Assembly (NCBI GenBank): GCA_963732385.1
Contig: CAVSZB010000002.1
Span: 32,001 to 96,000, forward strand
Length of the DNA: 64,000 bases
Direction of reading: 5' to 3'
From: an uncultured bacterium
Lineage (GTDB): Bacteria; Krumholzibacteriota; Krumholzibacteriia; LZORAL124-64-63
Part shown: in pieces, positions 47,124-56,148 of the stretch
Layout of the letters: every line of letters begins with the position of its first letter
Numbering within the stretch: the stretch's first letter is position 1
Notes under the pieces: generated by a model
Told to the model about the DNA's origin: nothing
Seen by the model: the letters and a program-made list of their open reading frames with translations, nothing else
The model's database searches: none
Translations under genes and position numbers: made by a program

Positions 47124-48074
47124 ATGGCTAACGTATCCACCATCAAGCCCTTCGCCAAGGGCGACATCCTCGTCGGCGTCACCCTTCTCAACCGCGCCGA
47201 CGACGACCATGCCGGCGATGGCCGGATCATCCAGTACGACAGCGATCTCAACGAAAAAGGCGTGCTGTGGACCAGCGGGACCAGCCACCTGATCGCCGGC
47301 CTGCGCTTCGGACCGGACAAGACCCTGTGGGCCTTCGACTGCAACGCGCATGCTGTCCTGCGCTATGGGCCGGACGGCAAGGAACTGCCGCGGATCAAAT
47401 TCGCCGACCGCTCCTTTTCCAACATCAATTTCACGGCGGACGGCAATGTGCTGTTCGGCGAGCACCTGGTCGGCAACACCATCAAGCTGCCGCCGGAACG
47501 CCCGCTTGGCACCACGCTGGCGAAGATGCCGGGCAGCGATCGCTTCGGTGACGGCCACGTCTTCAAGTTCACGCCGGATGGCAAGTTGCTCAAGGAGTAT
47601 GCGACCGAGACACACGGCGGCATGGCCGGCTTTCTCGGCGCCACCACCGCGAGCCTTGCGCCGGACAACCGGACGCTGGTGTATTGCTCGGAAACCGGCA
47701 CGCGCGTGTTCCAGTACGACATCGTCGCCGACAAACAGCTGCCCGACCTGATCACCCTGCAGCCCGGCGCCGGCGAGATGGCCCTGCTGGCGCAGCATCT
47801 GCCGGACGGCACGCTGCTGTACCTGAAGGCCAACTTCAAGACCGGCTTCAAGCTCGATCACCTGCAGGCGAACGGGGAACTCATCAAGAGCTGGGATCTG
47901 CCGGGACCAGGCTGGGCGACCGTCATCCCGCTGCAGGAACCCGGCATACTGCTGCTCGGCAATTTCTTCACCGGCACGGTGGCCAAGTTCGACATGCAGA
48001 CGGGCGCCCTCGGCGCAAAGGCCGAAACCGGCGTCAAGCGCTCACTCGCCGGTCTCGCTCAATATCCCGGCTGA
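47124..48074 (+). CDS. Hypothetical beta-propeller protein (NHL/SMP-30-like)
   Basis: GGAG RBS; repeats GLRFGPD, NFTADG, KFTPDG, LAPDN, LPDG. Confidence 0.7.
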   Translation: MANVSTIKPFAKGDILVGVTLLNRADDDHAGDGRIIQYDSDLNEKGVLWTSGTSHLIAGLRFGPDKTLWAFDCNAHAVLRYGPDGKELPRIKFADRSFSNINFTADGNVLFGEHLVGNTIKLPPERPLGTTLAKMPGSDRFGDGHVFKFTPDGKLLKEYATETHGGMAGFLGATTASLAPDNRTLVYCSETGTRVFQYDIVADKQLPDLITLQPGAGEMALLAQHLPDGTLLYLKANFKTGFKLDHLQANGELIKSWDLPGPGWATVIPLQEPGILLLGNFFTGTVAKFDMQTGALGAKAETGVKRSLAGLAQYPG

Positions 48075-48081
48075 AACGGCT

Positions 48082-48155
48082 GTAGGAGCGCCTTCAGGCG
48101 CGATCTGGTTTTCAAACCGTGATCGCGGCTGAAGCCGCTCCTACGCCGCTCCTAC
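48082..48155. repeat. GTAG-type REP doublet
   Basis: GTAGGAGCGCCTTCAGGCGCGAT (48082-48104) inverted to ATCGCGGCTGAAGCCGCTCCTAC (48122-48144), plus an extra GCCGCTCCTAC. Confidence 0.9.
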
Positions 48156-48949
48156 CAGGGCAGGACGCTGCCGTCGAAGGTCCAGAAGGTTCCGCTGTTT
48201 TCGAGGCTGAGCTGATCGGTGATGCGGATCAGGTCGCTGCCGGCCGTTTCCACCGGGCGCAGCATCTTCTTCGGCAGCATGCTCATCATGTCCGTGTCCA
48301 CCGGACCCGGATCGATCAGGGCCACGGCAACACCCTTGCTCTTCAGCTGGATCGCCAGGTTGCGCATTTCCATGTTCAGCGCCGCCTTGCTGGGCCGGTA
48401 GAAGTACAGCATGCCGTTGTTCATGCTGCCGATCGAACCCTGGCTGCTGGACACGTTGCTGATCTTCTTCTGCTGGCTGGCAAGTATGTGGGGCAGAAAG
48501 GCCTCCGCCATCTTCAAGGGCCCGATGACATTGGTACGCAGTACCAGCTCGTAAACCGGCCAGTCCATCTTTTTGGCGAACAGCTGGTTGTTGCCGCCAC
48601 CGGTAATCCCGGCATTGTTGAACAGCACATCGACAGGCTGCCCCTGATACTTCGCGGCCAGCGCATCGATCGCGGCAAGATCGGTGACATCCAGCGTCTC
48701 GATGTTCACCCGGCCCTCACTCTTTGCGGCAAGCGCGCCGAGTTCAGTCGCTTCGGCCGGCTTGCGCGCCGTGGCAATCACCTTCCAGCCCCGGGCGGCA
48801 TACTGCCGCGTCAGTTCCAGGCCGATACCCCGGTTGGCACCGGTAACCAGCACCGTCGGCACGTAGTCGTCGGCACGCGCCAGCGTGCCTGCGAACAGGG
48901 TTAGAGTGGCGAACAGCGCGAGGCTGCGGCTGAATATCCGGATCATCAT
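48152..48949 (-). CDS. SDR oxidoreductase (C-factor/carbonyl reductase-like) with Sec-type signal peptide
   Basis: Signal ending ARA|DD; TGANRGIG, NNAG, YRPSK, PGPVDTDM. Confidence 0.88.
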   Translation of the reverse strand: MMIRIFSRSLALFATLTLFAGTLARADDYVPTVLVTGANRGIGLELTRQYAARGWKVIATARKPAEATELGALAAKSEGRVNIETLDVTDLAAIDALAAKYQGQPVDVLFNNAGITGGGNNQLFAKKMDWPVYELVLRTNVIGPLKMAEAFLPHILASQQKKISNVSSSQGSIGSMNNGMLYFYRPSKAALNMEMRNLAIQLKSKGVAVALIDPGPVDTDMMSMLPKKMLRPVETAGSDLIRITDQLSLENSGTFWTFDGSVLPW

Positions 48950-48974
48950 TGCTCTCCTGAGAAAGTTCCGGCAG

Positions 48975-49799
48975 CTACCAGGGCAGGATCTGTCCCTTTG
49001 TATCCAGGAACTGCCCGGTCATGGACAGGTCGAAACGGTCGATCTCGCGCACCATGTCGGTCACCGCATCGGCAACCGGGCGCAGCATCTTCTTTGGCAG
49101 GCCTTTCATGAAGTCGGTGTCGGTCGCACCCGGCGTCACCAGTCCGACGATGATGCCGCGACTTTTCAGCTGGAAAGCCAGATTGACCATCAGCATGTTC
49201 AGCGCCGACTTGCTGGACCGGTACCAGTAGAGACGCGCTGCATCGACACTGCCGATGGACCCCTGGCTGCTGGACACGGTCATCATCTTGCGCAGGCGAC
49301 TGGCCTCGACGTGTTTTACGAAGGCCTCGCAGACCTTCATCGGGCCGATCGCGTTGACCGCCATCACCTCGTTGAAGGTCGCATAGTTCAGCCGGCCGAA
49401 CAGCTGGTTTTCCATGCCGCCGCCGATGCCGGCATTGTTCAGCAGGATATCGATCGGCTGTGTTGCATAACGGGCTGCGAGCGCGTCGATGCCGGCGTGA
49501 TCCAGCACATCCAGCGGCTCAACCACGAGATTGGCATGCTTTTTCGCCAGCGCCTGCAGCGCCTCGGCCCTGCCCGGATCACGGCAGGTGGCGAGCACCC
49601 GCCAGTCGCGCGCTGCATAACGCTGCGCAAATTCCAGGCCGATGCCGCGGCTGGCACCGGTGATCAGCACTGTGGTCTGCTGATCGGCCGGCGTCGGTGT
49701 CGGCAGCGGCTCGCCTTCAGCCGCTGCCGCAATCCGGCCAGCGAGAGTACCCATGGTCGCCAGAGCCGCAGTGCTGCGGATCAGTTCGCGCCGATCCAT
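48975..49799 (-). CDS. SDR oxidoreductase (paralog of the downstream gene) with Tat-type signal peptide
   Basis: MDRRELI...AAA|AE; TGASRGIG, NNAG, YRSSK, PGATDTDF. Confidence 0.88.
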   Translation of the reverse strand: MDRRELIRSTAALATMGTLAGRIAAAAEGEPLPTPTPADQQTTVLITGASRGIGLEFAQRYAARDWRVLATCRDPGRAEALQALAKKHANLVVEPLDVLDHAGIDALAARYATQPIDILLNNAGIGGGMENQLFGRLNYATFNEVMAVNAIGPMKVCEAFVKHVEASRLRKMMTVSSSQGSIGSVDAARLYWYRSSKSALNMLMVNLAFQLKSRGIIVGLVTPGATDTDFMKGLPKKMLRPVADAVTDMVREIDRFDLSMTGQFLDTKGQILPW

Positions 49800-49804
49800 C
49801 CCGC

Positions 49805-50953
49805 TCAGACCACGGCCTTGATGTCGTCGCGCTGCTCGGCATATCTGGCCGGATCGACCAGCGGAATCGCGTCGAGCACCCAGCCCTTCTGGCGACGACG
49901 CGCCGGGCTGGGGATCGCATAGGCGGCCCGCTCGCCACTCGCGGCAACAGCCAGCATGTCGATTTTCCAGCCTTTGGCCGCCCATTCCTTCTGCTTGGCC
50001 CGGTAGTCGAGGATGCACTGGTCAGAGGGGACCATGTACTCCTTGTTGTTCTTTTCCGGCGTAACCATCGGGTGCAGGGCTTCGATGATCTTCACGTCCT
50101 GGTTGGCCACGTACATGTTGCGCTCCATGACGTAGGCATCGGTCTTCTCTTCCAGCGAGAAATTGCGCGCACAGACCAGGTACAGATGCGTGTTCTTCTC
50201 GTCGATCGGGCGCTCGTAAAGGTACTGGTGGATGAAGAAGTTCGGGCCCGGGTGAATGTAGGTCCAGACGTGATTGGTACCGTGATACCCGGTGCCGGCC
50301 TCCAGAGAACCCTCGCCGGCGCGATATTTCTTCAGGTCGCCCTGCAGGGGCGGCGCCTGGAAGGTGTGCCAGAAACCGCGGCCCCACGGCGCATTTTCTT
50401 CCACGCGCATGTCACCGATCTTGTATTCCTCTTCGCGCTCGCCGCTGAAGCCGTGGGTATCGTGCACATACTCGTTGTGGGCGGGATCGATGCCGTTCTC
50501 TATCGACCGCTCGTAGTAGCCATTGAGATGGAAGTCCTGCACGGTGGTGCGCCAGCCCTCCTGTCCCCATTCCTTGACCGCGAGGATCGGCGGCCGTTCA
50601 GCCTCGGGGAGATCACCGAGGAACGCGAATACCAGCCCGTAGCGCTCGTCGACCGGATACGCATCGATGCGCGTGCGCCCGGGGATGCTGGCTTTGGAGC
50701 CCAGCGACGGAATCTTCTGGCACTCGCCCTCGCCGTTGAACTGCCAGCCGTGATACGGACACTGGATGCAGTCACCCTTGATCTTGCCATTGGCCAGCGA
50801 GCCGCCGCGGTGTGTGCAGGTATTGGCCAGACAACGGGCCTGACCCTGAGAATCGCGGAAGACCACGAAATCCTGGCCGAGCGCCCGCACCTTCCGCGGC
50901 TGGTCGGTGAGTTCTGCGGTGGTCGCCATGGGGTACCAGAAATTGATGTACAT
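49805..50953 (-). CDS. Rieske non-heme iron oxygenase alpha subunit (VanA/PAO-like group)
   Basis: CTHRG...CPYHGW Rieske motif; ENGIDPAHNEYVH mononuclear iron motif. Confidence 0.92.
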   Translation of the reverse strand: MYINFWYPMATTAELTDQPRKVRALGQDFVVFRDSQGQARCLANTCTHRGGSLANGKIKGDCIQCPYHGWQFNGEGECQKIPSLGSKASIPGRTRIDAYPVDERYGLVFAFLGDLPEAERPPILAVKEWGQEGWRTTVQDFHLNGYYERSIENGIDPAHNEYVHDTHGFSGEREEEYKIGDMRVEENAPWGRGFWHTFQAPPLQGDLKKYRAGEGSLEAGTGYHGTNHVWTYIHPGPNFFIHQYLYERPIDEKNTHLYLVCARNFSLEEKTDAYVMERNMYVANQDVKIIEALHPMVTPEKNNKEYMVPSDQCILDYRAKQKEWAAKGWKIDMLAVAASGERAAYAIPSPARRRQKGWVLDAIPLVDPARYAEQRDDIKAVV

Positions 50954-51065
50954 ACAAAGACTTCCTCGAACTGGATGGTTAGCGTCTGCCGGGTCGGCGC
51001 GGCAAGCCACACCTTGGTGCCCGGAATATATGCGCTTCGCTGGTCGCGGCCAAGCGGATTAGCTG

Positions 51066-52244
51066 TCAGCGACTATTTGCGGTCCTTGCAACGATGCCGA
51101 GCAGAATGCCGATGCAGGGCAACAGGATCAGCGCTGCCGTGTAAAGCGGGATGTTCACGCCGAGGGCATCGAAAAGCAGGCCGGTCAGCGGCGGCCCCAA
51201 CGCACGGCCGGCCCAACTCCCGGAGTTGTAGGTACCGAGCACGAGCCCCCGCTCGGACTCTCCCGCCTGCTGGGAAACCAGGCTGGTGACAGTCGTCATG
51301 TACAGGGCACTGCCGGCCGTTGTAAACGTGATACCGAAGACCATCATCTGCCAGGCCGGTGCCTGGGTCATGATCAGCAGGCCGAAGATATAACAAAGCA
51401 ACCCGGCGATCAGCAGCCGGCCTTCCCCGAAGATCGGCACCAGTCGGCCGACCAGCACGCCCTGAATGATGGCAACGATGGCCCCAAGATAGGTGAAGCT
51501 CAGGCCGATCTGGCGCGGCCCCCAGTCGAAGCGGGCGCCGGCCCAGAAGGGGAAGATGGATTCGAAAAGCGCCATGGCCAGATAAACCATGAAGCCGACG
51601 AGCACGATTCTGGCCAGCAGCGGCCGGGCCATGACCATGCGCAGGGCTGCCAGGCCACCCGGTCCTTTTGCTGCCCCCGCCTTGGCGCGTTTTTCCGGCG
51701 GCAGGCTTTCCTTGAGGAAAAAAATCGCACCGACCAGCATGACGGCACTGACGAATACCGCCGCAAGTCCGGGCCACAACAGGGTCGCACTGGCAGCGTC
51801 CCTGCCACCGAGCAGGCCACCGAGCATCGGTCCGACGATGAATCCCATGCTCAGCGAACCGCCCACGTAACCCATCGACTTCGCACGCTGCTCGGGCGGC
51901 GTCAGATCGGAAACATAGGCCATGGCCAATGCGAGACTGCCACCCATCAGGCCGGTGAGCAGCCGCCCGAGACCGAGCAGCCACAGATTCGATGCGAAGG
52001 CGAGAATGAGATAGCTGACCAGCCCGCCGGCAATGCTGATCACCAGCAGTGGCTTGCGCCCATAGCGGTCGGAAAGGCGCCCCCAGACGGGCGTAGACAG
52101 CACCTGGCCTACGGCGTAGAGGCCGAGGATCGTGGTTGCCACTGCCGATGAGGCGCCGAGCTTCGTCGCCACGAAAGGAAAACCGGGCAGGATCAGACCG
52201 AAGCCCATCCCGGAAAGAAGGATGGTCAGAAACAGTATCGGCAT
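51066..52244 (-). CDS. MFS transporter (TetA/DHA1-like)
   Basis: WGRLSDRYGRKP, GFIVGPMLGG, LKESLP; about 12 TMs. Confidence 0.9.
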   Translation of the reverse strand: MPILFLTILLSGMGFGLILPGFPFVATKLGASSAVATTILGLYAVGQVLSTPVWGRLSDRYGRKPLLVISIAGGLVSYLILAFASNLWLLGLGRLLTGLMGGSLALAMAYVSDLTPPEQRAKSMGYVGGSLSMGFIVGPMLGGLLGGRDAASATLLWPGLAAVFVSAVMLVGAIFFLKESLPPEKRAKAGAAKGPGGLAALRMVMARPLLARIVLVGFMVYLAMALFESIFPFWAGARFDWGPRQIGLSFTYLGAIVAIIQGVLVGRLVPIFGEGRLLIAGLLCYIFGLLIMTQAPAWQMMVFGITFTTAGSALYMTTVTSLVSQQAGESERGLVLGTYNSGSWAGRALGPPLTGLLFDALGVNIPLYTAALILLPCIGILLGIVARTANSR

Positions 52245-52276
52245 GGGGATCCCTGGCGACCTGAAAGACTTTTCCC

Positions 52277-52383
52277 GCAGGAGCGCCTTCTGTGTGGGAG
52301 CGCCTTCAGGCGCGATTCCCGTACGCAGGCGCGGCTTCAGCTCCTGCGTACGGGTTTGGGATCGCGGCTGAAGCCGCTCCTAC
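52277..52383. repeat. REP doublet with internal palindrome
   Basis: GTGGGAGCGCCTTCAGGCGCGAT (52294-52316) and ATCGCGGCTGAAGCCGCTCCTAC (52361-52383) flank CCCGTACGCAGG...CCTGCGTACGGG. Confidence 0.88.
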
Positions 52384-53333
52384 CGCCGCCGCTTCTTGCC
52401 GACGTGGCCACCAACCGGCTTGTCATGCAGCAGGCGCACCTGCGTGTCGTTCTGGTAGTCCGGGTTCTCGAAGTCGGGCGGACCATGCGGATGGTTGTGG
52501 CCATCCGAGTTCACCCACTGGTACAGCGCCGGACGCTTGCGATAGAGATTGGCCGCAGCACGCAGCTTGTTCTCGTCCGGATTCGTCCACGGGTTGAAGT
52601 GGAAATAGTTGAACAGCACCGAATCGGTACGGCCAAAGGCAATGGTGCCGTACTTGCAACGGAAGGAGCCGTGGTTGATGTACGGCGGCCGCCAGAAGTA
52701 GCCACCGGTCGGCAGTTCACCGAACTGCATCATCCAGGAGCTGCCCCAGATGTGATACGACTCTTCGGCACTGTCGTGATAGCTGATGTTGTCCTGGGCA
52801 AACTGCGGGGTCATGCAGTAGAGGAAGCTCAGCGCCTCGGTCATCACGTCATAGTGCAGCACCTTGATCAGGCAGCCTGAAGCCACCGACGGGTTGACGA
52901 GATTGCCGGGCGCCCAGGGGCGATCCTCATAGCTGTTCACCGAGGAAAACGCATCGGTGAGCGCCAGACGATGATGCTGGTCGGTCTCCGCGAAGCTCGG
53001 CTCGCTGTCGTTGAACATCAACAGCACTTCGGCGCCCTGCGGCACCTCGATGGCGCCGATGGCCATGCCGGCCGGAATGAAAGCGTAGTGGCCCTCGATC
53101 CAGACCTGCTTGCCAACCTTGATCTGGCCGTTCAGGACGAAGATTTCTGCATCCGAGTAACTGAGGCCGGGCTTGCGCCTGAAGCCGCCATCGAAGCGGA
53201 CTTTCAGCGTGCAGGCACCGGTGTCCTTGTCCAGGGACAGGACCTTGTAGTGACTGCCCTTGAAGCCGGTCAGGTCGAATTTCTTGAAGGGATGATCGAG
53301 CTCGACGTACGGCTCTATATGCGGTCGTGCCAC
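52380..53333 (-). CDS. Double cupin protein (DUF4437/ChrR-like)
   Basis: LSLDKDTGACT, EIFVLNG, YHDSAEESY, GGYFWRPPYINHG; GGAG RBS before GTG. Confidence 0.72.
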   Translation of the reverse strand: MARPHIEPYVELDHPFKKFDLTGFKGSHYKVLSLDKDTGACTLKVRFDGGFRRKPGLSYSDAEIFVLNGQIKVGKQVWIEGHYAFIPAGMAIGAIEVPQGAEVLLMFNDSEPSFAETDQHHRLALTDAFSSVNSYEDRPWAPGNLVNPSVASGCLIKVLHYDVMTEALSFLYCMTPQFAQDNISYHDSAEESYHIWGSSWMMQFGELPTGGYFWRPPYINHGSFRCKYGTIAFGRTDSVLFNYFHFNPWTNPDENKLRAAANLYRKRPALYQWVNSDGHNHPHGPPDFENPDYQNDTQVRLLHDKPVGGHVGKKRRR

Positions 53334-53345
53334 GGGGATTACTCC

Positions 53346-53612
53346 TTAAAAAACTACCTGGTGCTTGCCTTTCGGCTTCTTGGCGATCTCGCTCGGTTTG
53401 ACGATGCGTTTCATGTCGCCGCTGACGTTGAAGCCCCGGGTCTGGATGATCTGCAGGAACTGTTCAACCCACTTTTCACGCTGGGGTCCGAGTTCGTCCT
53501 GTTCCTTGACGATCGCTGCGTAGCGCTTTTTCTGCTCCGCAAGGTTTTCCCTGATCCACTGCAGCGCTTCAGCCTTGCGCGCCGGCTTGGTGTCTTGAAC
53601 TCGTTTGGCCAT
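53346..53612 (-). CDS. Small basic hypothetical protein (88 aa)
   Basis: AGGAG RBS; in-operon position; FLQIIQTRGFNVSGD. Confidence 0.75.
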   Translation of the reverse strand: MAKRVQDTKPARKAEALQWIRENLAEQKKRYAAIVKEQDELGPQREKWVEQFLQIIQTRGFNVSGDMKRIVKPSEIAKKPKGKHQVVF

Positions 53613-53623
53613 TTTCTACTCCT

Positions 53624-53759
53624 GTTGGAGCGGCTTCAGCCGCGATCCATTATTGTAGCGATCGCGCCTCTGCAGGCGCGATCCATCGTAGGAGCGCCTT
53701 CAGCGCGATCCATCGTTGTTCGGTATCGCGCCTGAAGCCGCTCCTACGGGCGCTCCTAC
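53624..53759. repeat. REP cluster (four to five units)
   Basis: GTTGGAGCGGCTTCAGCCGCGAT, GTAGGAGCGCCTTCAGCGCGAT, ATCGCGCCTGAAGCCGCTCCTAC, GCGCTCCTAC. Confidence 0.88.
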
Positions 53760-54649
53760 TTGCGATACCAGTCGTTGACCTCGTCGCCGGTCGTCAGCCA
53801 CACGTCCTTGTGACTGGCGATATGCGCAAAAGCCCGCTTGAGGTGCTTGAACTTGTTTGGCTGACCGACCCAGAAAGTATGCAGGCAGATCGGCATGCAG
53901 CGGGCGTTGTCAGCTCCCTCACTGTATAGCACATCAAACTGGTCGACAATCATATCGCCAAACGCCTCTGAACTGACGCCGACATTGGCAAAAGCCGGGA
54001 TGTCATTCAGTTCGACGGTATACGGCACCGAAATCAGGCTGCCCTTCTTCACATTGAACGGGAAGGGATGATCATCGGCGGTGTAGTCGCACAGGTACTC
54101 GACGCCCATGTCGGCAAGGATGCTCGGCGTGTTGTTGGTATGCGTCAGGAAGGGCGAGAGCCAGCCTTTGGTCTTGCGGCCAATGGCCTTCTCCATTGCC
54201 TTCAGCACGCCGCCGATGATCTCGCGCTCCTTCTTCTCGTCGATGCCGGACAGGAAATTGGCCGGGGCGTTGTTGATGCCATGGCCGATGAATGCCCACT
54301 TGCGCTTGTTGGTTTCCTCGATGATGCGCGGATACTCGCGGATGATCTCGGAGTTGAGACAGACCGTGCCGCGCATGCCGATCTGGTCCATGAGTTCGAT
54401 CATTCTCCACAGCCCGACCCGGTTGCCGTAGTCGCGCCAGCCGTAGTTCAGCGGATCCGGGTTGAACTGCTGCGTGCCGGGGATGATCGCGGTACCGGGA
54501 ATATTGTGCGGAAAGTGCTCGATGTTGATGTACGGGATGACGGCAACGCGGGCGCCCTTCGGCAGCTTGAACTTCGGCCGGTCGATGATCGGCACGTAGT
54601 CATAGTGCGGGCTCTGCGTCAGCTTGCTGCGATCAACTTTGGTGGCCAT
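53756..54649 (-). CDS. Polysaccharide deacetylase family (CE4, PuuE-like) hydrolase
   Basis: NIEH, GWRDYGNRVGLWR, GHG, GWLSP, YTVELND, LHTFWVGQP. Confidence 0.88.
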   Translation of the reverse strand: MATKVDRSKLTQSPHYDYVPIIDRPKFKLPKGARVAVIPYINIEHFPHNIPGTAIIPGTQQFNPDPLNYGWRDYGNRVGLWRMIELMDQIGMRGTVCLNSEIIREYPRIIEETNKRKWAFIGHGINNAPANFLSGIDEKKEREIIGGVLKAMEKAIGRKTKGWLSPFLTHTNNTPSILADMGVEYLCDYTADDHPFPFNVKKGSLISVPYTVELNDIPAFANVGVSSEAFGDMIVDQFDVLYSEGADNARCMPICLHTFWVGQPNKFKHLKRAFAHIASHKDVWLTTGDEVNDWYRK

Positions 54650-54672
54650 GGCTTTTCCTTTTGCAGTTGTTG

Positions 54673-55326
54673 TCAACGTGCCTTCTTGACGGCCTTGAGG
54701 CTCCGGATGTACTTGAGTGCCTCGGTCTTGCTGATGACATCGCCATACTTGGCATTGATGTCGAAGAGATTGGCTTCGTGCGGACCATCGTGCCGGTCAC
54801 CAACGCATTCGCGGACCACGATCGGGCGAAAACCGTTCTGCACCGCATCCACCGCCGATGCGCGGACGCACCCGGAGGTGGTGCAGCCGGTGATCATCAG
54901 CGTGTCGATGCCCGCAGCAGTCAAGGTGGCCGCCAGCGAGGTGCCGAAGAAAACACTCGCGTAGTTCTTGACGATGACCAGTTCGCCCTTGCCCGGCTCC
55001 ACGCCCTTGCAGAACTGGGCATACTTGTTGCCCGGCACCAGGCTCTTCAGGACCGGCGCCTTTTTGATCCAGACTCCGCCGTCGATGAAATCCGACGGGT
55101 TGTAGAACACCCGGGTGTGGATGACCGGCATTTTCTTCTGCCGGGCCAGCTTCAGCAGCTCCGGCATCTCCTTGACGGCCTTGACCACGCCCGGCGCGAA
55201 CAATGGCGCACCTTTCAGCGTGTAGCCCTGCAGCAGGTCGATCACGATCAGAGCGGTCTTGCGGCCGAAGCCCAGCCGGTTGTCCCAGACGCCTGCGTAA
55301 TTGCTGGCTGCCGTAGTCTGCGCCAT
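54673..55326 (-). CDS. Isochorismatase family amidase (maleamate amidohydrolase/N-carbamoylsarcosine amidase-like)
   Basis: LGFGRKTALIVID, KNYASVFFGT, GCTTSGCVRASAVDA (D-K-C triad), HEANLFDINAKYGDV. Confidence 0.9.
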   Translation of the reverse strand: MAQTTAASNYAGVWDNRLGFGRKTALIVIDLLQGYTLKGAPLFAPGVVKAVKEMPELLKLARQKKMPVIHTRVFYNPSDFIDGGVWIKKAPVLKSLVPGNKYAQFCKGVEPGKGELVIVKNYASVFFGTSLAATLTAAGIDTLMITGCTTSGCVRASAVDAVQNGFRPIVVRECVGDRHDGPHEANLFDINAKYGDVISKTEALKYIRSLKAVKKAR

Positions 55327-55474
55327 GGTTGTTTCCCTTGATGATTGCGAAGCGCATAGTTCCACCGAACGGCGCGCCCCGCAAGCCGCCGTTCACACGG
55401 TGGCCACGCATCAAACGCAGGCGAATGAAGCACCGCGACACGGACCAGAATGCAGGTCTACAGGAGGATCCGCC

Positions 55475-56086
55475 ATGAACACCACATCTGCCAACGCACC
55501 GATCATTGCCGAAGTTCCCCCGCATGCACCCAAGGCGGCCGCCGGGGCCGCAAACCAGTACAAGACCCTCAGCGGCTTCGAAGGTCATGAAGAGGAACTC
55601 GGCCGCTCGATGTCGATTCTGCTGAAGATGCTCGGCAATCACACCGGCTACGCGCACGAGATGAATGACCCGCTGGTCAAGGCGCACCTGCTGGCCATCC
55701 AGTTTGCCAAGAACCAGGGCAAGCTCGCCGAGTACATCGCCCACGACATCAAGACCATGGCACCGATCAACCTGCGCATGAAGCAGATCATCGAAAAGAC
55801 CGGCCATCCGGAAATCGCCCTGGTGGCGCTGTTCGACCGCACCGCCTGCCACTACGCGCTGGCGCTGACCAGCACTGGCGATGGTGACAGCCGCACCTGG
55901 AAAGATCCCTTCGGCTGGGTGCTGACCCAGTGCCACAAGATCGGCCAGTTCGACCTGACTTCGCAGGAGATCCACGAGACCTGGACCACGCCCCGCCTGC
56001 TCGGCTATGGCGAGGCGATGGGGGTGAAACTGAAGGTCACCCCGTGGCAGGAAGACGGGATGATCACCTGCTCGCTGGTCCGCTGA
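55475..56086 (+). CDS. Hypothetical cytoplasmic protein
   Basis: AGGAGG RBS; strong host codon bias; 203 aa; no family recognised. Confidence 0.78.
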   Translation: MNTTSANAPIIAEVPPHAPKAAAGAANQYKTLSGFEGHEEELGRSMSILLKMLGNHTGYAHEMNDPLVKAHLLAIQFAKNQGKLAEYIAHDIKTMAPINLRMKQIIEKTGHPEIALVALFDRTACHYALALTSTGDGDSRTWKDPFGWVLTQCHKIGQFDLTSQEIHETWTTPRLLGYGEAMGVKLKVTPWQEDGMITCSLVR

Positions 56087-56148
56087 CTGGCTGGCATGCT
56101 CCGGTTATGGTATTTGTCTGTGGACTTCAATTCAGGGGGGACGCCTGC

